From Gracilinanus agilis (Eukaryota), in contig NC_058131.1 of assembly GCF_016433145.1 (NCBI RefSeq), forward strand, positions 650,621,862 through 650,685,861: a stretch of 64,000 bases of DNA, given 5' to 3'. Of the stretch, positions 39,613-51,315 are shown one piece after another. Both the position numbers and the translations under genes were made by a program. The notes below the pieces were generated by a model. That model saw only the letters and a program-made list of their open reading frames with translations. It did no database searches and was not told the DNA's origin. Within the stretch, counting starts at the first letter, position 1, and the number at the start of each line of letters is the position of its first letter.

Positions 39613-40311
39613 TTTTGGACCCTATTAATGAACTGATAAAGCTCAGAATTCTGAATCTTTGTTTATCTTTTTTGGATTTGCTCAAGACAAGATGGAGAAT
39701 GTGGAAGGAACAGCAAACGGGTCATTGTAGCTAGTGTATGAAATGTTTTGAGGGGAGTAAAGACTAGAAAAGCAGGAAGGGGCCAGGTTGAAAAGATTTA
39801 AAATGGCAAGGAGGATTTTATATTTGTTCCCAGTAGAAATAAATAGCCATTAGATTTTACTGAGTGGTAGGAGGTTGGGGAAAGGTGGCAGAGTCAATGC
39901 AGGTGACATAGAGTTAGACCTGTCTTTTTGGAAAATCCCTTTGGTAGCTGAAGGAAAGATGGGTCAGAATGCAAAGACTTAACGTAGACCAATTAGGAGG
40001 CTATTGGAAGAGTTCAGACAAAAGGCAATTAGAACCTGGATAAGAATAGTAGCCAACTGAGTGGAAAGAAGAGACAGTATGGAAGAGATGGTGTGCAGGC
40101 TAATAATGAAGAAATTTAACAACAGATTTGATACGTAGAATGGATGGAGAATGATCTTGGTTTGGTGACTGGGAAGATGGTGGTTTCCACAATCTGTGTG
40201 AAAAGGTTCTGGGAATTTTAGTGAATGACAAATTCAGTGTAGGTCAGGAATACGGCATGATAGCCAATAGAAATCATGCAATCTTAAACTGCCTCAAGAG
40301 TGTCATACTGT

Positions 40312-40490
40312 GGGGCAGCTGGGTAGTTCATTGGATTGAGAGACAGAAAGTCCTGGATTCAAATCTAACCTTAGACTCATCATATGTGACCCGGGGCATG
40401 TCCCTTAACCCCCATTACCTAGCTGCTACCACTCTTCTGTTTTGGAACCAGTAGTTTATATTAGTTCTAAGACAGAAGATGAAGTTGCTT
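40312..40490 (+). mobile_element. CORE SINE
   Basis: ggggcagctgggtagttcattggattgaga head, CORE and tail. Confidence 0.8.
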
Positions 40491-41019
40491 TTTTTTTTTT
40501 TTAAGAAATTAAATTTAAAAAAAAAAGAAGAAATTAAATGACCAAGGTTGTCCCCCCAAAACAATATGAAATGACACCTTTCTTTGGCTCCTTTGGAGAA
40601 GTGAGGATCATGGGTTGGAACACTACATAGAGCATCCTGATTTTTTCAATATTTTGGTTAGTCTTACTGAATTATTTTTTTCTCCCTCTTTTAAAAATTA
40701 TTTATTATTAAGAGTTCTCTGAGAGGGGATTGAAAGGAGAAATGGGAGTGGAAAAATGCAGTGGGGAATATAAATAATATAAAAATAGATCAATAAAATA
40801 AATAAATATATAACTATGTTAATTTTTAAAAGAAAGTTGCATTATTGGTGAAACTACAAATAGTATAATCATTTTGGAAAGGAATTTGTTATCATGCTGA
40901 TAGTATCCATACTCTCTGAACCGGAGTCTCATTATTGGACTTATATCTGAAGGAAACCATTGATAAAAAGAAAGCTCCTATATTATAGAAGTACTTTTGG
41001 AGATAGCAAAGAATCATAA

Positions 41020-41300
41020 ACAAAGTGGGTAATAAAAAGTGAGTGTAACAGAAGAAAAACAACTACTTGATCACATGGGTTGATGGGGATATGATTGGGG
41101 ATGTAGACTCTAAATGATCACCCTAATGCAAATATCAATAATATGGAAATAGGTCTTGGTCAATGACACATGTAAAACCCAGTGAAATTATGCATCAGCT
41201 ATGGGAGGGGGTGGAGGTAGGGGATGGAAAGAACATGAATCTTGTAACCTTGGCAAAAAAATTCTAAATTAATTAAATAAATCCCCCCCCCCAAAAAAAG
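41020..41300 (+). mobile_element. L1 3'UTR fragment
   Basis: acttgatcacatgggttgatggggatatgattgggg..aataatatggaaataggtctt..aaaattctaaattaattaaataa. Confidence 0.8.
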
Positions 41301-41333
41301 TAAGAGTGAGACAACTATAAAGATTAAGTGTGA

Positions 41334-41538
41334 GGGGCAGCTGGGTAGCTCAGTGGATTGAGAGTCAGGCCTAGAGACAGGAGGTCCTAGGTTCAAATCT
41401 GGCCTCAGACATTTCCCAGCTGTGTGACCCTGGGCAAGTCACTTGACCCCCATTGCCCACCCTTACCACTCTTCTGCCTTGGAGCCAATACACAGTATTG
41501 ACTCCAAGATGGAAGGTGAGGGTTTAAAAAAAAAAAAA
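41334..41538 (+). mobile_element. Young SINE1_Mdo-type SINE
   Basis: Complete body, poly-A, flanking aagattaag repeat. Confidence 0.92.
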
Positions 41539-41549
41539 GATTAAGCATG

Positions 41550-41948
41550 TGTTAGTGGAAATTTGGGGTCCTTGGTCTTAATATCAAGATCCATGATATA
41601 AACTTCCTGTGGATGCTTAGGGGACTTGAGAACTACATTTCCCATGATTCAACAGGCTTCCTACCCTTACTTGGTGAAATAAGACAACGTAAACAGAAGC
41701 TTAAATAGTGAGATTGGGATTGGTACTTGCTCTTTCCTGTGGAACAAGCCAGGTGGGCAGAGGTAATGGCGAGGCATTTGAATTAGATCTTAGCAGGCAT
41801 GTGGCCTTCTTAATTACCAATATGGCTTTAAATAAACTATTAAATATTTTGAATATATCCATCTATATCAATTTTATTCGTAACAAGCATGACTCAAATG
41901 AAGAGATAGGAGAAGACACTCTCACCCATTGGGTCCATGGGTGTTACA
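41550..41948 (+). mobile_element. Degraded solo LTR
   Basis: TGTTAG...TGTTACA termini, AATAAA at ~41830, aactacatttcccatgattc motif. Confidence 0.5.
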
Positions 41949-43864
41949 CATTGCGCATGTTTTCAGACTTTTCCAATATATTGATCAATTGTGCTGATTT
42001 TTTCTTTTTCTTTTTTTTTTACTTTAAAAATACTAACTTTCAAAAATATTTTTAAAGCACTGAGAAAAATTGTCCTTAAAATTTTGTTAAATGGAATGAC
42101 TCTGTGGTAGGTGGGTATAGAGGGATACTGGGGATAACTGTGAAGATGTAAAAAGCAGAAGATAGCAATAAAAAACTTATTTTTAAAAAAAGCTTTAGAG
42201 AGAGGTTTTAGGGAGCAAAAACTTTCTATCAGTTAAGAGACTACCTTGGTCAATAAGTACCCTGCCACTAAAAGGTAGAGGACTGCTAGTCAGGCTTATT
42301 GTTGGCACAGGTTGGATAAGATAGTCTCTGAGATCCCATCTAACTTTAGTTTTATGTAACAATAAAGCCACAAAAATATCAACTTTTAACCATCATAGTA
42401 GCAATAAATCGTTTGGTCAAGGCTTGTAACTGAGCTCTTTTTTTATACATGCCCTATCACTCACACCATCAGTGGTCTACGTGAGGAGCTTTCTGCATGA
42501 TAGCTAGTTCTAAATTAGAAAACACAATTCATCTTTTTCTGGTAAGCAAAGAATCAGTCACCAAGAAGTGGATAGCTTTAAAAGATTCTCAGAAATCTGA
42601 AAAATGTTCTTCTACCATATCCTAGAAATCTATCATAATAATGTAGTAATTTGTTTACCCAAAATATCTCTGTTCCATATCTCCAGATATATGGAAATTT
42701 TATGACTCCTTTTCCATCCCCAGATCATCCATAAAACCAAACAGGTCCGTTTTATGTGAGCTCATCCTGGATTAGTTATAGCACATATATTTCACAGGTG
42801 AAATATGGTACAGGTGCACATGTTCAGCTCTAGTATAAGCCTTTTTATCTCCTCTATTGTATTTGCTTGTGGTCAGTACAAGTCAAAGATAGCTCTTCCC
42901 TGGTCTGACCTTTTCTTTCCCCTTTAGACAAAGGACTTTTCACAAAGAGAGAGATAATTTTCTTCTGAGTGCTGAAGTCACAGTTTATCCAAGTTCAAGT
43001 ACATATCATACAACACCCTTTAAACCTTGAACTGAACAAAAGGAGATTAAATTTGCTATAGAGATAACCTGACTGTAAATATCACCCTTTCCTTCTATTC
43101 ATAAAATTGTTGAAGAGAGGGCCCTGTTCTCTTCAAAGGTCAAAGATCCTGTCTCTCACAGATAAGATAGGATTTTAAATACATGCATGGTTGAAATTAT
43201 TAAAATTATTAATTTTATTAAAATAAAAATTGTAATTGTAATTTTGGTTTTTCTCCCTAGAAATCTATTTGTGACTTCCCACTTGGCAAATATTTTTCTC
43301 TTGTATAAGTAAAATTATAATTGGCACAAGAAATAACATGGCATAATAGATATCTAGTTGGCCTTGAAGCTAGGACAATCTGGGTTCAAATCTTGCCTCT
43401 GATGAATTTTGGCTTTGTGACCCTGGACGATTCACCTCACCTTTCTCTTGGGAGAATTTTAAGCAATTAAGACTATAAATTGTAGAAATGTTATGTTAAA
43501 TGTTATTATGAAAATTCTATAAGACTTTTATGACTGCAAAATACATAGAACATCCCATCTATTACCTTAATATTTCTGTGCAGAACCAGTAGTTAACAGC
43601 TCACTTTGAGGATTCCCATCAGCTCAATTTTTCAGATAGTAAAACTGAGGTTCAGAGTGGTAGACAAAGACTCAAATCCACATGTTCTGATGATAAATAT
43701 GGTACTGCTCTACACATCAGCCTACCCTGAAGCTAACTGTTGGGGTTTCAGAAGATGGTAAAGGAGGAGAAGTGAGTTAAAAATAAGTTGAAGATATACA
43801 GATGCATATATCTACATGAAAAGAAACATAACCTTGCAAATAAGTATTTTTTAAAAATATCTTT

Positions 43865-44430
43865 TACACTGTTGGTGGAATTGTGAAACTATCCAACCAT
43901 TCTGGAAGGAAATTTGGAATTATGCCCAAAGGGCTTTAAATGACTGCCTGCCCTTTGACCCAGCCTTACCAGTGCTGGGTCTGTACCCCAAAGAGATAAT
44001 TGGGAAAAATACATATACAAAAATATTCATGGCTGTGTTCTTTGTGGTGGCAAAAAATTGGAAAATGAAGGGATGCCCTTTGATTGGGGAATGGCTGAAT
44101 AAAGTGTGGTATCTATTGGTAATGGAACTGAAACAACCTCCAGAAAGTGATGCAGAGTGAAAGGAGCAGAACCAGGAGATACACTGTGGCACAATTGAAT
44201 GTAATGGACTTCTCTACCAGCAATGATCCAGAACAATTCTGAGGACTTATGAGAAAGAAAGCTATCCACATCCAGAGAAAGAACTGTGGGAGCAGAAACA
44301 CAGAAGAAAAAACGTTTCCTTGATCACATGGGTCAATGAGGAGATGACTGGGGATGTAGACTCTAAATGATCACTCTATTGCAAGTATTAATAATATAGA
44401 AATCGGTCTCGATCAATGATACATGTAAAT
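43865..44430 (+). mobile_element. L1 ORF2 C-terminus and 3'UTR fragment
   Basis: HCWWNCETIQPFWKEIWNYAQRAL..LGLYPKEIIGKNTYTKIFMAVFFVVAKNWKMKGCPLIGEWLNKVWY. Confidence 0.9.
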
Positions 44431-44768
44431 ATTATTGCCATCCCATCCCTGCTCTGACTCCCCATTCTCTGGAATGGAGTCCTCTTTTGTAATCAAGAAA
44501 AACAATTGAGCAAAAACAATGAACACAGGGACCAAGTCTGATGATGTTTGCAACATCCCATCCCTGTATTCTCCATGTCTTTGACAAAAAAAAGGTAGGG
44601 TGATATATTTTGTCATATTGTTATCTGGGACCAAGAGTGGTTATTAAAATTACTTAAAGCTCAAAAAAACTATTTTGTTAAATATTTCCCAATTACAATT
44701 TAAAAAATTTGTGTAAATGGAATTAGTTCATCCTCATTCATTCTTTAGACTTTAGCCACCAGGAATAA

Positions 44769-45422
44769 TGTCACCCCACCCAATTTAGAATTAAGGGGGG
44801 AGGTGGGGGAGGTGGGGGAGGTCTATGATCCACATCTGATAGTAAGTGACAAATCAAAAACGAGTGACTGCCCCATGGGCAGTCCAAAACAAAATTGAGG
44901 CTGCCATTTGTCCATGTAAAACTGGAGGTGGACGCAGGAAGTGACGAAAGCTGCTATCTTTTAAATATGATAGTAACTTCCTTTGAAGGAAGGGCTTTGG
45001 ACTTTTAAACTTGGTGTTGGAGAAGCTCGAGGGAGACCTCAGACTGCTTCCCCTTGAATTGTCACGGGGGTAAGTTAGGCTGACTCTCTTTCCTTTTTCT
45101 CTTGGCATCTCTGGAGACTCTAGCCTCAAGAGGACTCTCATCTTGGAGGAGGCCTTGTGGCTAAAAACCTTGTCTAATTAACCTCTGTGCTCCCTCTGCT
45201 GGGGTCTCTGAAGCCCTACCTGGTTAGGGCCTCCAGTCCAGGCCAGAGTTTCTCTCTCTCACCTCTCACTTTCCTTATCTTCAACCTTCCTAATTGTAAA
45301 TAAACCACCATAAAAGTCATCCTGACTTGGGTCTGTTATTTTGGAATCGAATAATCAATTTTTGGAGACCAGACTTTAAATATTCAATCCAACCAAAATC
45401 TTTCCTGTTTTCCCCTTTTACA
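44769..45422 (+). mobile_element. Solo ERV LTR (~654 bp)
   Basis: TGT...ACA termini, near-TSD aataa/aatta, AATAAA at ~45299; related to the LTR at 1-441. Confidence 0.75.
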
Positions 45423-45683
45423 AATTAACATTAGCTTAAAAGATTTTTGAGCTCCAAATTCTCTCCCTCCCTCTTGCCTCTCCCTCACCCCTTGAGAAGG
45501 CAAGCAATATGATATCGGATCATAAATGTGATGCCATGCAAACATTTCCCTATTAGCCACTTTGCGAAATACATACACATTAAAAAAAACCCACAAGAAA
45601 AATGAAGTGAAAAAGGATGTTTTCATCTATATTCAACAAAAATTCATTTAAAGAGATTTCACTGGGCTTACAAATTAGGTAAT

Positions 45684-45752
45684 AGTCTAGCAGTAGACCT
45701 GATCTTGGTTGAAATGTTGAAGTGGCTAGATGGTTGCAATGGTTAAACTGGA
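45684..45752 (+). repeat. Left copy of 69-bp direct repeat flanking the ERV-bearing insert
   Basis: 65/69 identical to 54542-54610. Confidence 0.95.
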
Positions 45753-45788
45753 TTTTTTTAAAAGGGAACTGAGAAACTCCTTCAAGGT

Positions 45789-46741
45789 TGTAAGGAGTGA
45801 TTAAGGCTTTTTGTTACTTGATCTAGCAGGGCAGTTCCCACAGTACTCTAAGGAGTGAGTGCCTTTTGGCTCCCTGAGTCAGCTTAACCTATGTGACAAG
45901 GGATAACACAGCAACTGTTCCAGAGAGAAATAAACACCTCAGGAAAAAGAAATGGCATTTTGCTGGGAATTTTACTTTACCTAGCTTCCTAGGGTGTTTC
46001 CCCTCTGGGACAGAATGCTAGAGAGAGAATGGTAGTTGATTGGAACTTGTCTTTGCCCAATCGAAATAGACTCCCTCTCTTTGAGATAATCCCAAACAGA
46101 TATCCCCTTATGACCAAATGATCTGACTGCTATAATTCTTTATAAGATAGTTTATTGAAGTGCAGGGTGATTGGATTGGATCAGGGAAAAGGGTAGCAGG
46201 AAACCCTGTCTAACACCCCAAAGGATGACAATCTTCTGCCCTTAGCCAAAGCCAAGGCAAACACGGAACTCCTCTCTAATCTAGATGGTATCTATACATT
46301 AGCTAACCCTGGGCTAAGTAATCAATCAAGGCTCTAGGATGTTAGAAGTTCAGGGTTGAGAGGTTCACTGCTGGCTCAGTACAGTCACCCTCAAGGCTAA
46401 CCCTCGAGGTAGACTGTTATATCACTGAGTCCACACAGATGTAGTTCAGGAATCCAGGAACAGATACAGGAATATAAAAGATCTTCAACAAGAATCACTT
46501 TTGCTCAGGATAAGTTGGAAATAGTCCAGGAGAAAGGTTCAGAGTTGTCTCTTCTCCAAGAGTCCAAGACCCAATCCCCCCACTCCAAAGGTCCTTTCCC
46601 AGAATATGTTGGTTTTCAGAATCCTTCTCTCACCAATATTCTATGCTTCTCTTCCTGCTTTTCCCTGTTCCTGCACATTGCTTGCTTCTTTAGCAAATCT
46701 GTCTTCTCAGTCATCTCCTTTCAAGAATACTCAACCTTACC
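45789..46741. mobile_element. Solo LTR (~950 bp) nested in the insert
   Basis: Inverted termini TGTAAGG...CCTTAC(C) and near-TSD aaggt/aaagt. Confidence 0.6.
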
Positions 46742-46789
46742 AAAGTTGGTTTTCATGAATCTTAATACCTACCTTTAATCTACTCTTAT

Positions 46790-47400
46790 TCTATTAACTA
46801 ATTCCCTGCGAAGAGCCCACTCTTTGCTCAGGGGTCTCTGGAGGTAGGATGGCGTGGTGAAATGAAGTGAAAATGAGCCAGAGTGCAAGTGAGTTTGCAA
46901 AGGCTGTTCTTTCATGCCATCTGCTGATTTTTATTTTTATACCCTTTTTTCTTTATGATCTCATACAGGTTTTGATTTTCCCATACATTAAAAATCACAC
47001 ATTAACTTTTTTTAACATTTATTAATATTCATTTTTAAAACACACATTAACTTTTGAAATATCATATGATTGGCATTTACTAATTATCCTACTGTGATTA
47101 AACAAAGAAGCAAGCTTGTCAAAAATTATTCATTACGGAATGGCTTAGTTGGAACTTTATTATTTTCAGCCATCCGAAATGTACAAGAAAATCATTTCCT
47201 AGTTAAGCATGATGGTTCATTATATTTTAACTAATTAAACCATGCATATTCTTACTTTATGCTATTCAGACCTATCATTAATCAAGAACATAGTTATGGT
47301 AGTGGATTACATCAAAGAAGATACAATAATATCAGTTTGGTCCAAATATTGTTTCAATTATAGTCTTTCATTTCACTATTCTTCAAAGGTAAGTTTGCTG
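46790..47400 (-). mobile_element. Candidate 3' LTR of the ERV (boundaries unresolved)
   Basis: Minus strand gggTATAAAAATAAAAatcagc (TATA/polyA-like) at ~46930-46946, downstream of IN; no clear PPT. Confidence 0.35.
47011..47040 (-). mobile_element. 30-bp L1 3'-end micro-insertion with 15-bp TSD
   Basis: TSD cacacattaactttt at 46996-47010 and 47041-47055. Insert reads ttttaaaaatgaatattAATAAAtgttaaa on the minus strand. Confidence 0.75.
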
Positions 47401-49099
47401 TTCTTTCTGCTACAAGGTTAATAAGAATGAAGTTCTGGAAGGGTGATTCTGTACTAATTTGTAATTCACTGTTTCCTTGATCAGTGAGAATTTGGGAGTA
47501 AATCCAGGCCAGGTACATTCTTGCTGGGGAATTTAGAAACTTGAATTAACTCAGTAATTGCTGGTTTATTGCGGGGTTGATTCTAGGAAAAGTTTCTGTA
47601 TTGTGGGGATTTGTTTAGGGGTTTATTTTGGGATAGTGAGTGGTCTGTGACGTTGTTCTTGCCATTAACCTGTATTGTTTTTCTATGTCTCCCTGGGGTT
47701 GAATAAGGACACTGATGTAAATAGTTTCAGTAAAAGGGAATGGTAGTGAGAAAAGAGTCACATTGGGGAAATTGAGTGAAACTATCCATCCTTCTGACAC
47801 CTGCTTTGTGGGTTTTTCAGAACTGCTGATGAGCTGTGCTAAACATCATGGACTTTGATGGCTTCCCACAATTTCCATAATAAAAAAACTCCCTCTACTC
47901 TATGCTACTCTATTCCTATGTAACTATCCCTAGTCTAGGGTATTCCCCAGGAAAGATATAGGTTGAGATTTGGGGTTTACATAATAACTACGGAAAGCAA
48001 AATGCAATCGTTGGGATATAAACATAAGAACATAAAAATAATCAATAAATACTACTAGTTCTGTTAACTGTTCTTACAATCCTAGACTAATACGAACATT
48101 TCTCTATCTATGCCTATCACTCTGGTAAAATAACCTTAACTATAAATCTTCCATTAACACAATTTTAGCCTTGGCTTTCACAAGAAACTTTATCTAGGAA
48201 CTTTTCTGCAAATGCAGTCTATTATTAACTAATTTAATAGCCTATGAATTGTCTATAGTAACTCTTACCCTTACAACTAAACTGTTAAAATAACATTATA
48301 ACTAATATCCCTATGTTATTTTTTTATACATGGTCTATCTACAATCTATGGTACAATATGTACAATCTATTTAGATACAATTACAAAACCTATGTTATAC
48401 GTATTTATAATATCTATAGAGAGTATGTAGAAAAAATACAGTGGTTATTCAGTTTCACCTTTTCCCTGATATTAATCAAATGGAAAAATCTATTGATCTT
48501 TCTATGTGATTAAGACCTTATGGATCTAACTAAGTATTTACATATTTATCATTATTTCAACATAAGACTCCGATTTATCTACTTGGGATCATTAAATATA
48601 TCATTTTGTGAATTGTGTAGTCTTTTTTATGTTGTGTTGCATGTGATGCTTACATCGCCTCTTCAGAATTCCTCTTTTGCTTGTTGCCTGATGTTTCTCT
48701 TCTGTCTTCCAAGTTGTGTACTTGTTGCATGTCCTATTATGTGAATATGTTGTGTTTGTGATTTGTGATGCACTTTTGTCTTACATATGTCCTAATTATC
48801 ATCTGTCCTCCTGCTATGTACCATATCCACAATGTTCAGTGAGTTTTTCTGTCCATGTCAGCTCTCCAAAGTTTCTTCTGTCTGTTCTTGTAGCTTTTGT
48901 TCATGCTTTTCCTTTGGGCTGGTAACTCTTTTCTTTTCTTCATGCTTTTCTTCCACAGCCCTTTGTCCCCTACTGAGCATTTTGCCTGTTGTTATACTTG
49001 ACTGTTCTGCAACTGATTCAGGAACTTGTATTTCATCTTGATCTAATTTTATTGTTTCTGGTTGATTTTCATTTCCAGAACTTTCTTTCTCATGTCTAA

Positions 49100-50012
49100 T
49101 TGCATGTTAATTCTCTCTATTAGTGTAAGGCTTTTTGATCTTTACATGGGAACAGTGAATCCGTGAAAGTTTTCCCAATACTTTTATAGAACTCAGTGTT
49201 AATAAAACTTCAAATGGTCTGACCAATTTGTTTTTAGTAGCAGTTTTTCTATTAAATTTCTCACATAGACTTTATCTCCTGGTGTTATGTTGTGCAATGA
49301 AAAATCCAATGGTGTGGTTTGTTGGATCAATCCCATTTCATGTAGCTCTTTTATTCTGATTTGCGATGCCTTTATATAAGATGCCAATTTGCAATCTCCT
49401 CCTAACATTGAAATATAACTCATTTTACACATTTTGCCTTGCCAGAATGGAAAAAGATGTAAGTCCCCACTTGGATGAGTTTGTAGATGAAAAAGAACTA
49501 GAGGTAGTATCTCAGTCCATTTCAAGTGAGTCTTTGAACAGATCTTCCCAATGATAGTTTTGACCTCTATGTTCTCTCAATTTGCCCCAAACTTTGTGGG
49601 TGATAAGGCTATGAAAACTGGCTTTGATTCCCAAATTTTCATAAACTTTCTTAAGCACAGATTCTGAGAAATGAGATCCATGGTCTGAATCCAGTCTGGA
49701 TGGAATTCCAAACCAAAGAATGATCTCCTTCAACAGGACTTTTACTATGAATACAGTGGTGTTCTTCTTAGCCGGAAACACTTCTGGCCATCTGTCTACT
49801 ATCACTGTCTACTATCACTAGGCAATATTTAAACCCTTTATCTCTTGGCATGTTGATGTAATCTATTTAAATGCATTCAAATGGAGTGTAAGCTAGTGGT
49901 TGACCCCCAAGACTTTTTTTTTAAACACTCCCTGGTTGAACTTCATACAAATGTTGCACTTGTTACAGACTTTGATTGCGATTGATGATATTCCAGGAGC
50001 TAGCCAAAATAA
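49100..50012 (-). pseudogene. pol: ERV integrase remnant
   Basis: HHCC (HEKGH..CNKC, His part ~50050), VDRWPEVFP, FGIPSRLDSDHGSHF, PGDKVYVR, IHCSHVK; class I (gamma/epsilon-like) signature with stops and frameshifts. Confidence 0.92.
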
Positions 50013-50745
50013 TCAAACTGCATCGATCACAGCTTGAGTCCCATAATGTCCTTTCTCATGTATTGCATTATATACATGATAGAACAACTTTATAGGCAAG
50101 ATGGGTTTGGCTAAGTCAGAAAACCATAACCTTCCTATCTCCTTAGCCCCAAAGTTCTTTTTCCATGTCTGAATTTCCAAATCATCATAGGCACTTGTTA
50201 GATCTGCCTCTACCATGATTGAAAGATTCAGCATATGTATTGGGCTTTTCCTAGCCAGGTACTTGGCTATAATGTCTGTCCTATGGTTTCCTTGGGACAC
50301 AAAGTCTGTTCCAAAGCTGTGAGCTCTATAGTGAATCACTGCAACTTCCTTAGGCAATTGTATGGCCTCAAGAAATTCAGTGATAATCTTGGCATACTCT
50401 ATCTCTTTGCCTGTAGTGATTAGGAACTCTCAATTCCTCCATATCTTTCCAGTTTAATGAATAACTGAGAAAGTATATCTGGAATCAGTGAATATATTTA
50501 CTCTTTTGTCCTTTTCTAATTTGCAGGCTTGCACCAAGGCAATGAGCTCAGCTCCTTGAGCACTCATGTTTTTAGGCAATGATCCAAACCACAATGTTTC
50601 TGTTTGTGTTACCACCACTGCCCCTGTAAATCATTCCTCTCTAACTATATAACTGGATCCATCCATAAAAATCTCCAAGTCTGGATTTATTAATGGAGTA
50701 GCTTTCAAATCCATCCTGGTTTTTTGTACCAACAAGATTGTGTCC

Positions 50746-51315
50746 TGTTAAAAAGAAATGAAAGCCCTGATAATATTTTTATATATCTCTCTATAGATCT
50801 TCCTCTAGATCAGTGATTCCCAAAGTGGGCACCACCACCCTCTGGTGGGTGCTGTAGGGATCCAGGGGAGTGGTGATGACTACAGGTGCATTTATCTTTC
50901 CTATTAATTGCTATTAAAATTTAAAAAAAATTAATTTCCAGGGGGCTAAGTAATATTTTTTCTGGAAAGGGGCAGTAGGCCAAAAAAAATTGGGAACCAC
51001 TTCTCTAGATCTTGGAGGATGGATGGTATGTAGATCTCAGAGATAATATGAATGGAGGAGAGATCAGGTGCCCAAGGCCTAAGATGGCTATAGTTGGTGA
51101 GAGGAGGAAACACACACTCCTCTCACAACAGCTATTGATGTAATCTATGCCTCTCCTCCCTGACAGGCTTGATTGATCAAGCCTGTCAGTTGTTTCCTTC
51201 TAACAGCTGCCCAGGTTAGGGATCCTTGGGAGGTTAGATAGTTAGTTAATCTCACTAGGCCCCAATCTGAGGTTGGATTAGTTGTTGATAAGGCTATTTA
51301 CTGGCTATTGGAAAC
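50746..51315. mobile_element. LTR-like insertion within pol
   Basis: Non-pol ~570 bp (including the MITE) beginning TGTTAAA; pol homology resumes on both sides. Confidence 0.55.
50811..51002. mobile_element. Charlie-type hAT MITE (192 bp)
   Basis: TIRs cagtgattcccaaa / ttgggaaccactt; perfect 8-bp TSD ctctagat (50803-50810, 51003-51010) matching the NTCTAGAN preference. Confidence 0.93.

Noticed and set aside
44795-44822. G-quadruplex at the LTR 5' end
   Set aside because: There are only three long G-runs plus GG, which is borderline, and it lies in an ordinary LTR.
47400-48500. env gene of the ERV
   Set aside because: No signal peptide, CxxC, furin site, heptad or immunosuppressive domain, or TM helix is visible; the sequence is AT-rich and stop-laden.
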